12,086 bases of DNA. Source: a virus. Lineage: Duplodnaviria > Heunggongvirae > Uroviricota > Caudoviricetes. Shown here piece by piece: positions 1 to 6,106 of this stretch. A program made the position numbers and the translations under genes. Position 1 is the stretch's first letter. Each line of letters opens with the position of its first letter. The DNA lies in IMG/VR virus record IMGVR_UViG_3300029517_000086; one strand, given 5' to 3'. The notes below the pieces were generated by a model that did no database searches, was not told where the DNA came from, and saw only the letters and a program-made list of their open reading frames with translations.

Positions 1-347
1 ATCTCGACCTTCCCTTCCGGGATAACCGGTCCCCACTCCACCAGCATTCTTTTCACCTGACTGTCGTCTTCCCACACACCCGCGTGGGTCAGGGCGTCAA
101 ACAGCGCCTTGTTATAGTTGTCCAGATCGCGGATCCGGTTATCCGGTGGAAACAACACGATCTCCACTGCAGCAGGTGCCGACGTTGGTTTCGGCAGACG
201 ACGTAACTGCTCAACTATTGCTGCGCACGCCGCGCTCTGGAATTTTCGCCCCGCCGTGCTTATCAGGCTCTTACCAGCAAACGCCCCTTTGTTGGGGTGT
301 CGCCAGTACGTGTTCACGCTGGGCGGAAAAGGCAGAATAAGCTTCAT
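1..347 (-). CDS. rusA: Crossover junction endodeoxyribonuclease RusA (Holliday junction resolvase), C-terminus runs off window start
   Basis: Manual minus-strand translation from ATG at 347..345 gives MKLILPFPPSVNTYWRHPNKG...DLDNYNKALFDALTHAGVWEDDSQV..., with no stop down to position 1. It matches conserved RusA blocks (LP-PPS-N-Y-R and DLDN-KA-FDALT-AG-W-DD-QV). Its ATG overlaps the upstream stop (ATGA). Absent from the ORF track, presumably because it is truncated. Confidence 0.85.
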   Translation of the reverse strand, partial: MKLILPFPPSVNTYWRHPNKGAFAGKSLISTAGRKFQSAACAAIVEQLRRLPKPTSAPAAVEIVLFPPDNRIRDLDNYNKALFDALTHAGVWEDDSQVKRMLVEWGPVIPEGKVE

Positions 348-670
348 ACTTTCAGGCCCCTCTCATGTAACCAGTGGGCTGCACGCAGCCTGGCGTTTTC
401 CTCACCGGCAAGCAGTGAGCGGATAATCCCGACCGCCTCGCTGTCGTCGTCCTTCACCGCGGTATGAAGCGTTATCCCCCGGGCCACGCCACGCTTTATC
501 GTGATGACGCCTTTTTTCTCCAGAGCACGAAGATGCTCCACCGCTGCATTCACCGAACGGTATCCCAGCATGGTTGCCACCTCCTGATTGGTTGGTGGGA
601 AGCCACGTTCTTTCTGATAAGAAATCAGCATATCCAGCACCTGCTGCTGGCATTGAGTTAACGTCGTCAT
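344..670 (-). CDS. LexA N-terminal DNA-binding-domain homolog (winged HTH only, no S24 peptidase domain)
   Basis: MTTLTQCQQQVLDMLISYQKERGFPPTNQEVATMLGYRSVNAAVEHLRALEKKGVITIKRGVARGITL aligns by eye with E. coli LexA residues 1-70 ([68 protein letters not shown]). Protein is about 108 aa. Start chosen at ATG 670..668, which overlaps the upstream TAA (TAATG coupling), rather than the longer ORF-track start at 703. Confidence 0.75.
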   Translation of the reverse strand: MTTLTQCQQQVLDMLISYQKERGFPPTNQEVATMLGYRSVNAAVEHLRALEKKGVITIKRGVARGITLHTAVKDDDSEAVGIIRSLLAGEENARLRAAHWLHERGLKV

Positions 671-1164
671 TAAGCCCCCACGTAATTCCCTGACAGATAC
701 CACTCTTCACCCGATGCAGCGCGCTTGCTGCTTTTCCGTAAGCACCGCTCACGACGCGCCAGAAAATTGTTTCGTTCTGGCTGGGAGTGGCTTTCACGGA
801 ATGCCGCCATCCACACGGTTGCAGCACGACGGTATAAGCCCCTGGACTCCAGTTCTTCCGCCTGGCGGGTCAGGCACAAAATCACCCGGGGATCGTTAGT
901 GCCGACATAGAAATTACGCACAGGTCTGGTTTCACGAACTGGTTGTGGTTTCGGCTCCTGCGCTCTCTCAGTCAGGCGCGGGAAATGTCTGCGTGTATCT
1001 CCTTCACAACGGTGAGCCACACGTCCACTCTGACGTAACTTGCTTGCTGACTGCAGAACGCGCTGCCGTGAGTAACCAGCAAAAGCATCCGCAATGTCTC
1101 CGGAAGTACACCCCGGATGGGCTTCAATGAATTTCTGAACGTCATTCAAAAGACTCATGATCAC
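670..1164 (-). CDS. Hypothetical protein with PerC-like C-terminal region (putative transcriptional activator)
   Basis: C-terminal segment AEELESRGLYRRAATVWMAAF resembles the conserved PerC/Pch motif, recalled from memory and not searched. GTG start at 1164..1162 overlaps the replication-gene stop (GTGA); an alternative ATG lies at 1158..1156. Confidence 0.6.
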   Translation of the reverse strand: MIMSLLNDVQKFIEAHPGCTSGDIADAFAGYSRQRVLQSASKLRQSGRVAHRCEGDTRRHFPRLTERAQEPKPQPVRETRPVRNFYVGTNDPRVILCLTRQAEELESRGLYRRAATVWMAAFRESHSQPERNNFLARRERCLRKSSKRAASGEEWYLSGNYVGA

Positions 1165-2102
1165 CCCCTGAATCCTGCCGGGATCTGGCTGTAGTCCACA
1201 TTGTCGTAACTGGATTTGAAGTACGGGTCTTCGCGTTTTTCGGTGTACGTGCTTACGGACGGCGATAAGCGCAGGGAAAGCTCATCCCATTTTTCCCGCA
1301 GCTTCGACGGGCTGAGCACGTTACGGCACCAGAACGGATCGCGGCTGACGCGGCTGTACATCTCGCAGATTTGTTTGTGAGTACGACCATCCTGCACACA
1401 CATCAGGCGAATTTCGTTTGCCCAGGCTGTCCAGTTCGGTTCTTTGGGACGAACCACCTCGCCGTCACATTCGGCAGCCTGCTCGTACAGGGCGATGATT
1501 TTTTTCCAGAGCCACTGTGCGCAGGTCAAATCATCCTGCGTCCCCCACTGGCGCTTTTTAGGGCTGAATACAACCGCATCAGGATGGCGAGTTAAAAAAT
1601 CCTGTTCAGCCGTCTGCGTGTCCGGTTGCGAAGCGTCCGGACGAGAAGTTTTTTTATCTGACGGATCATGTTTTGATTTTACTGACGGATCCCCGCCAGA
1701 TTCTGACGGGTGAAAACCCGCTTTTTTGCCAGATTTCGACGCATCAAATTTTGACGGGTCAGATTTTGATGCGTCAGATTTTGACGGGTCAGAATCTGAC
1801 AGTTGAGAAAAAGCCGCAGCCTGAAGCTTCGCAACGTTAAGCTGATAAACATTCGACGCATTGCGGTTACCCTGGCGACGCGCCTTACGCGTTAACCAGC
1901 CTTCTGCTTCCAGCCGTGCGATAGCCGTTCTGACGGTACTCATCCCCGCGCCAATCTGGCGGGCAATGGTTTCAATTGATGGCCAGCACACACCTTCGTC
2001 ATTACTGAAATCAGCCAGGCGTGCCATAATTGCCACGCTGGATAATTTCATGCCTGACGCTGCGCAACCATCCCATACATAGCCGGTTAATTTAGTGCTC
2101 AT
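1161..2102 (-). CDS. Phage replication initiation protein: N-terminal winged HTH, low-complexity linker, DnaT-like C-terminal domain
   Basis: N-terminus (SIETIARQIGAGMSTVRTAIARLEAEGWL) is HTH-like. C-terminus ends ...DYSQIPAGFRG, which parallels the E. coli DnaT C-terminus ...SEPDSQIPPGFRG. The Ser/Asp/Lys-rich linker (SDSDPSKSDASKSDPSKFDASKSG) is encoded by a DNA iteron array. RBS AGG lies upstream of ATG at 2102..2100. Confidence 0.85.
   Translation of the reverse strand: MSTKLTGYVWDGCAASGMKLSSVAIMARLADFSNDEGVCWPSIETIARQIGAGMSTVRTAIARLEAEGWLTRKARRQGNRNASNVYQLNVAKLQAAAFSQLSDSDPSKSDASKSDPSKFDASKSGKKAGFHPSESGGDPSVKSKHDPSDKKTSRPDASQPDTQTAEQDFLTRHPDAVVFSPKKRQWGTQDDLTCAQWLWKKIIALYEQAAECDGEVVRPKEPNWTAWANEIRLMCVQDGRTHKQICEMYSRVSRDPFWCRNVLSPSKLREKWDELSLRLSPSVSTYTEKREDPYFKSSYDNVDYSQIPAGFRG
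1655..1805. repeat. Iteron-like direct repeat array inside the replication initiator gene (putative phage origin)
   Basis: Six roughly 15-bp units sharing a TGACGG-type core: 1698-1712 agattctgacgggtg, 1731-1745 agatttcgacgcatc, 1746-1760 aaattttgacgggtc, 1761-1775 agattttgatgcgtc, 1776-1790 agattttgacgggtc, 1791-1805 agaatctgacagttg. Further ctgacggatc copies at 1655-1667 and 1677-1692, with an adjacent T-rich stretch at 1645-1658. Confidence 0.6.
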
Positions 2103-2111
2103 GACCGACCT

Positions 2112-2450
2112 CTATTTCCCTGAATTTACGACGAAACTTTTCGAGCGGACTGAAGCATTCATGCTCATAGCCTTCGCGGAGGTAGATAACCCGTTGTGTT
2201 TCCGGCTCCCAACGAATGACTCTGACGGGTACTCCGTAGTGATCTTTGAACCAGCGGTTAACTTGTCGCAAAGGACTGTCTCCTTTTGCCGGTTAAAATC
2301 ACCCACAGCCCACTCTGCAAAGCTGTGGGTTACAATTACCCTGCCACCTGGTACATTTACTGCATAGCAATACTCCACCTTCGCTTTTCCACCCGGTACA
2401 GGAAGCGCAATCAGTTGCGAGCGACGGTAGTGTGTTGTTAAACTATTCAT
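2112..2450 (-). CDS. Hypothetical protein (112 aa), between the CII-like gene and the replication gene
   Basis: ATG at 2450..2448 overlaps the TGA of the upstream CII-like gene (ATGA coupling) and its stop lies 9 nt before the replication-gene ATG. Position and length are consistent with the e14 ymfM slot, as recalled. No recognisable motif. Confidence 0.55.
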   Translation of the reverse strand: MNSLTTHYRRSQLIALPVPGGKAKVEYCYAVNVPGGRVIVTHSFAEWAVGDFNRQKETVLCDKLTAGSKITTEYPSESFVGSRKHNGLSTSAKAMSMNASVRSKSFVVNSGK

Positions 2451-2998
2451 GCGTTAGTTTCTCCACAGTCACGACACGCCACGGCGCCCGGAGCTGCACA
2501 CTCGCGGGCGTCATTACTTTCTGAAATGCAAAAAATTTTGTAGACCAGTGCTGCATGCTCCTGCAGCTTCGAAATTGAGAGGTACAGCTCGTCGTTAATT
2601 GCTGTCTTCTCATGCGGTTCCACTACACCGTCTTCAATTGCTGAACGAATCTGTTTTGAATAACTGCCGATCTGTTCAATGACCTCCAGCAGGCGTTGGT
2701 TGATATCGGCGTTGTCCACATCCTCGACATCAGGAAGAGACACAAAGACGCCATTTGCAGACTGCGCCACAGCGTCAGCAATGAAGTGAGTTCCACCAGC
2801 ACGTTGCAAAATCATTGCCCATCCCAGCGGGAAAATCTGATCGCCATCGGCACGAAGGCGGTTAAATAATGCGTTCTCTGTTACATCCAGCCAGTCAGCA
2901 GCTTCAGCGTAACCCCCCGGCAACGCTGCGATAGTTTTTCTGACAGCTTTCACGTACCACTCAGGCTGTTTTTCTACTTTCCAGTGATGCTTACCCAC
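2447..2998 (-). CDS. CII-like phage regulatory protein (YmfL/CP76-type, tentative), 183 aa
   Basis: Second gene of the rightward early operon, directly after the cro-like gene and overlapping its end by 8 nt. GTG start at 2998..2996 is preceded by AGGAGG. The family assignment comes from position and size only. Confidence 0.6.
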   Translation of the reverse strand: MGKHHWKVEKQPEWYVKAVRKTIAALPGGYAEAADWLDVTENALFNRLRADGDQIFPLGWAMILQRAGGTHFIADAVAQSANGVFVSLPDVEDVDNADINQRLLEVIEQIGSYSKQIRSAIEDGVVEPHEKTAINDELYLSISKLQEHAALVYKIFCISESNDARECAAPGAVACRDCGETNA

Positions 2999-3251
2999 GG
3001 TTCACCTCCTGTTCCTGTGGTTTAAACCCATTCTGGTTTTGGCTAGATTGAAAACGTGCCGGATAAAGAATCTGCATTTCGCTGACTTCACCCTTAAAAA
3101 AATTGGCTAAACGTTCTGCAAGCTCGATAGATGGAATCTGCTCCAGCCTCTCAATACGACTCAACGTCGCTGGATTGACTTGAACACCCGCAGCAACATG
3201 CTGCAAAGTGAAACCATGCGCCTTACGCACATTTCGTAATAGTGATTGCAT
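2991..3251 (-). CDS. Cro-like HTH (XRE family) transcriptional regulator
   Basis: 86 aa with an HTH core (FTLQHVAAGVQVNPATLSRIE). Divergent from the CI-type repressor across an operator-rich region. GGAGG sits 4 nt upstream of ATG at 3251..3249. Confidence 0.8.
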   Translation of the reverse strand: MQSLLRNVRKAHGFTLQHVAAGVQVNPATLSRIERLEQIPSIELAERLANFFKGEVSEMQILYPARFQSSQNQNGFKPQEQEVNRG

Positions 3252-3348
3252 ATAACCTCCAAATATTGCGCGTTATGCATGTTATTTCACGCAATTATTT
3301 TGCGCAAGTTGATTTGCTTATCACGCAATAAAGAAATGTAATAAACGC
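3252..3348. promoter_or_regulatory. Divergent immunity promoter/operator region (OR-like) between the cro-like and cI-like genes
   Basis: 97-bp AT-rich intergenic region with repeated ATTGCGYG / CACGCAA half-sites in both orientations: about 3265-3280 aatattgcgcgttatg, 3286-3300 atttcacgcaattat, 3300-3312 tttgcgcaagttg, 3322-3336 atcacgcaataaag. Confidence 0.6.
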
Positions 3349-4041
3349 ATGAACATAGGAAACCGAGTCAGACAACTTCGCCAAGCGAAGAACATGAAAA
3401 TCGCCGATCTCGCTGAAGCAATAGGAGTAGATGCGGCGAACATCTCGCGCTTAGAAACGGGTAAGCAAAAACAATTTACCGAACAAACACTGAGTAATAT
3501 TGCCAAGAGCTTAGGTGTTGATATTGCTGATCTCTTTACCTCTGCCCACAAAAGTAATACTGTATATAAAAACAGTAATAATGAGGATGTTGCGCAGGTG
3601 AAGGATGTGTTCCGTATTGAAATGCTGGATATCAGTGCCAGTGCGGGAAATGGCCTTATCCAAGGCGGTGATGTCATTGATGTGATTCATGCCATCGAAT
3701 ACAGAACTGATAATGCTGTATCAATGTTCGGCGGACGACCAGCCAATCACATCAAAGTTATCAACGTTCGTGGGGACAGTATGTGTCCAACCATTGAGCC
3801 AGGAGATCTCATCTTCGTTGATGTCAGCATCAATCAGTTTGATGGTGATGGTATATATGTCTTTGGTTTTGATGACAAAATATACGTTAAAAGACTTCAA
3901 ATGATTCCTGACAAACTGCTGGTGATTTCTGATAACCAGATTTACCGTGAATGGGGAATTACTAGCGAAAACGAACACCGATTCATGGTCTTTGGAAAGG
4001 TCTTAATCAGTCAGTCGCAAACCCTTAAGAGACATAATTAA
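3349..4041 (+). CDS. CI-type prophage repressor: N-terminal XRE-family HTH plus C-terminal S24 (LexA-like) peptidase domain
   Basis: HTH region (IADLAEAIGVDAANISRLETGK). C-terminal domain with a GDSM serine motif (RGDSMCPTIEPGDLIFVD) and a downstream lysine (IYVKRL), typical of autocleaving repressors. Same strand as int, as for lambda cI. Confidence 0.9.
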   Translation: MNIGNRVRQLRQAKNMKIADLAEAIGVDAANISRLETGKQKQFTEQTLSNIAKSLGVDIADLFTSAHKSNTVYKNSNNEDVAQVKDVFRIEMLDISASAGNGLIQGGDVIDVIHAIEYRTDNAVSMFGGRPANHIKVINVRGDSMCPTIEPGDLIFVDVSINQFDGDGIYVFGFDDKIYVKRLQMIPDKLLVISDNQIYREWGITSENEHRFMVFGKVLISQSQTLKRHN

Positions 4042-4060
4042 CCTCAATATCCCATCCATC

Positions 4061-4085
4061 GGCCACCGAAAGGTGGCTTTTTATT
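4061..4085 (+). terminator. Rho-independent terminator downstream of the repressor gene
   Basis: Stem gccacc (4062-4067), loop gaaa, stem ggtggc (4072-4077), then ttttt (4078-4082), 20 nt after the cI-like stop. Confidence 0.7.
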
Positions 4086-4095
4086 ACCTATAAAT

Positions 4096-4146
4096 TTGCA
4101 TACCTCGCAAATATTACTTGCATATCTCGCAATTTAATTTTATCTT
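4096..4146 (+). promoter_or_regulatory. Candidate leftward-operon promoter with tandem operator-like repeats (OL-like)
   Basis: 20-bp imperfect direct repeat: ttgcatacctcgcaaatatt (4096-4115) and ttgcatatctcgcaatttaa (4118-4137). The CTCGCAA core resembles the half-sites in the cI/cro operator region. A possible -35 TTGCAT (4118-4123) and -10 TATCTT (4141-4146) are spaced 17 nt apart. Confidence 0.45.
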
Positions 4147-4420
4147 TTGTTCCAGACCAACTACCGGATTACAACAAAATCTGGTTGCAACACGGTGCAT
4201 GTGTCGTAAGCAGTCAGTAAATGTCAAAAACGAACAGGCAGGACGCCCACGAAGTAGCCGCCTGGGGCATATGAAGTCCAGGATGATTCGTTGAGTCATG
4301 TTGTGCCACCAGGCACTCATGTTAAAGCAGGTGTATGAAATGAAAGTCCAGATTTTAAACAATAACTGTGAAGTCGTTTGGGCGTAAAACATGACCGCGC
4401 GTAGACCAAGGGAGGAAAAA

Positions 4421-4597
4421 GTGGGAATAGTTAGAAATCAAGCAGATATATTGAAAATCAGCTCTGAATTGCTTGGAGTTTTGAAAAGTGAGCTCACCGC
4501 ACATGGCATCGAGCCCACTGACGAAAATTTAAGTTGGGTTTTGTCGATTATTCAACAATCACTCAAGCCCAGCCTCAGCAAACTTTTTATCGAGTAG
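4421..4597 (+). CDS. Small hypothetical protein (about 58 aa)
   Basis: In-frame GTG at 4421 preceded by GGAGG (4411-4415); the ORF track's longer ATG at 4391 lacks an RBS. Sits between the repressor and the recombination module, where lambdoid phages carry small early genes. Confidence 0.45.
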   Translation: MGIVRNQADILKISSELLGVLKSELTAHGIEPTDENLSWVLSIIQQSLKPSLSKLFIE

Positions 4598-4750
4598 TGC
4601 TTCGAACTTATCGTAAAGCTTGCTTATGTCGTCTATCGGGTTTTCTGACGTACTGTAATTTTTATCTGATGTCATGGCAGCAGTCTGATATGCAGTGTGA
4701 GTCTTAACCGATAGTTGGAATAAATAAAGAATTTTTTCTTCTTTGGTCAT
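4559..4750 (-). CDS. Small hypothetical protein (about 63 aa)
   Basis: ATG at 4750..4748 with AAGGAA 6 nt upstream. Its 3' end overlaps the 3' end of the plus-strand small ORF by 39 bp (convergent). Confidence 0.45.
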   Translation of the reverse strand: MTKEEKILYLFQLSVKTHTAYQTAAMTSDKNYSTSENPIDDISKLYDKFEALLDKKFAEAGLE

Positions 4751-5004
4751 AACTATTTCCTTCTTGGCTATATGAAAACACCAAGATACCACCGAGCCTG
4801 AAGTGGTGAAAAGACAGGCACATAACAGCTAAGTATTTTCAACCAGAGAGAATCCTTAGCGTTGTGGTGAATGCGGCTCAGCGCACGCGGGTTAAGGTTG
4901 AGGCTGACAGTCGACCTTCTGTGGATACCCACCCGTCTGGTGTGCAACCTTCGCCAGGCACCGGGAGGCACCCGGCACCACAACTTTATGCTGTGTGTAG
5001 TCTT

Positions 5005-5051
5005 GACGGTACCAGTTTGTACCCTTGCTTCCGGCTGGTACCGTCCTTTTT
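5005..5051 (+). terminator. Strong rho-independent terminator at the end of a GC-rich non-coding stretch
   Basis: Perfect 11-bp inverted repeat gacggtaccag (5005-5015) / ctggtaccgtc (5035-5045) around a 19-nt loop, followed by c-ttttt (5046-5051). The minus-strand reading has no T-run. Confidence 0.65.
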
Positions 5052-5269
5052 ACAAAACAGAGAAGAGCATCACCGGACGACGGGCTCATAACCCAATCCA
5101 TCCAGGCGGCTGCCACCGCAGGTGTTCTTCACTGTTTTGTGGAGAAACTAACCGCCCCTACGGGGGCATTCATGGAAATGTAATTGACTCGACTCAATAA
5201 TCGCCGGACGGTGAGGGCTTCCTTTTACCCGAATTCAGCGCGGTGCAGCGCATATACGTGGAGAACAAA

Positions 5270-5806
5270 ATGTCATTTATTAAAACTTTTTCTGGGAAGC
5301 ATTTTTATTATGACAGGATAAATAAAGACGACATCGTTATTAACGATATCGCGGTTTCCCTTTCAAATATCTGCCGCTTTGCCGGTCATCTTTCGCACTT
5401 CTACAGCGTCGCCCAACATGCGGTTCTTTGCAGCCAGCTGGTGCCGCAGGAATTTGCTTTTGAAGCGTTAATGCATGATGCAACAGAAGCGTATTGCCAG
5501 GACATTCCCGCACCACTGAAACGCCTTCTTCCTGACTATAAACGGATGGAAGAAAAAATAGACGCCGTAATCCGTGAGAAATACGGGTTACCCCCAGTTA
5601 TGAGTACACCCGTGAAATATGCCGATCTCATCATGCTGGCAACCGAACGCCGCGATCTCGGGCTTGATGATGGCTCTTTCTGGCTTGTACTGGAAGGTAT
5701 CCCGGCAACAGAGATGTTCAACGTGATTCCACTGGCACCGGGCCATGCCTACGGGATGTTTATGGAACGTTTTAAAGAGCTGCATAAGATGCATAAGCAA
5801 TCCTAA
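5270..5806 (+). CDS. HD-domain phosphohydrolase (YfdR-like 5'-deoxynucleotidase family)
   Basis: HD-domain signature residues: H in SVAQHAV and HD in LMHDATEAY. Start chosen at ATG 5270 (MSFIKTF...) with GGAG (5259-5262) upstream, rather than the ORF-track GTG at 5243. Confidence 0.8.
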   Translation: MSFIKTFSGKHFYYDRINKDDIVINDIAVSLSNICRFAGHLSHFYSVAQHAVLCSQLVPQEFAFEALMHDATEAYCQDIPAPLKRLLPDYKRMEEKIDAVIREKYGLPPVMSTPVKYADLIMLATERRDLGLDDGSFWLVLEGIPATEMFNVIPLAPGHAYGMFMERFKELHKMHKQS

Positions 5807-5860
5807 CTGCGAAATTAACTTGTGAAATAGTTTTGTAGCAAAAGAAATGAGGTTATCAAA

Positions 5861-6106
5861 ATGCTTCAAATGCTGACACTTGAGGAATGGGCTGCGGAAA
5901 AATTTAGGAGTAACCCTCCAAGTGTGTCCACATTGCGTCGTTATGCTAAGCAGAATTTATTTTGTCCACCGGCAATGAAACAAGGTCGACTATGGCGAGT
6001 ACGTGAGGACGCAGAGTTAGTTGGGGAATTAGTTACTCCTGTCATTAAGAAAAGTGATTCTATTATTCTACAAAGGATTTTAAGTAATGGCAGCCAGACC
6101 ACGTAA
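5861..6106 (+). CDS. xis: Excisionase (lambda Xis family)
   Basis: MLQMLTLEEWAAEKF...STLRRYAKQNLFCPPAMKQGRLW parallels lambda Xis MYLTLQEWNARQRRPRSLETVRRWVRECRIFPPPVKDGREY. Sits immediately upstream of int and overlaps it by 20 nt. Confidence 0.85.
   Translation: MLQMLTLEEWAAEKFRSNPPSVSTLRRYAKQNLFCPPAMKQGRLWRVREDAELVGELVTPVIKKSDSIILQRILSNGSQTT

Noticed and set aside
118-426. Plus-strand ORFs of 102 and 64 aa (118..426, 146..340)
   Set aside because: They lie antisense within the well-supported rusA and LexA-like genes, have Arg/Ala-rich composition typical of an antisense frame, and lack an RBS.
402-1130. Other ORFs overlapping the LexA-like and PerC-like genes (402..827 minus, 464..661 plus, 714..899 plus, 725..910 plus, 945..1130 plus)
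   Set aside because: Alternative or antisense frames of genes with clear motif and operon support; no start signals.
1371-2082. Four plus-strand and one minus-strand ORF inside the replication gene (1371..1595, 1444..1713, 1679..1861 minus, 1861..2082)
   Set aside because: The replication gene frame has HTH and DnaT-like homology. The 1679..1861 ORF (a QNLT repeat peptide) is just the iteron array read in another frame.
3321-3978. Minus-strand ORFs 3321..3677 and 3721..3978, and plus-strand 3689..3904, overlapping the repressor gene
   Set aside because: Antisense or alternative frames within the repressor gene, which has clear HTH and S24 peptidase motifs.
4114-4392. Minus-strand 92-aa ORF in the region after the cI terminator
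   Set aside because: Cys/Phe/Trp-rich odd composition, no RBS, and it spans the terminator and candidate promoter repeats; more likely non-coding regulatory DNA.
4860-5005. Possible tRNA upstream of the 5005-5051 terminator
   Set aside because: No T-loop consensus (GTTCRANYC) and no acceptor-stem/CCA arrangement by eye. Not excluded without tRNAscan, but unsupported.
4768-5200. Overlapping ORFs in the GC-rich stretch (4864..5091 plus, 4871..5200 plus, 4892..5116 minus, 4768..4983 minus)
   Set aside because: Mutually overlapping on both strands, no RBSs, Arg/Pro/Gly-rich translations typical of GC-rich non-coding sequence. Treated as candidate structured RNA instead.
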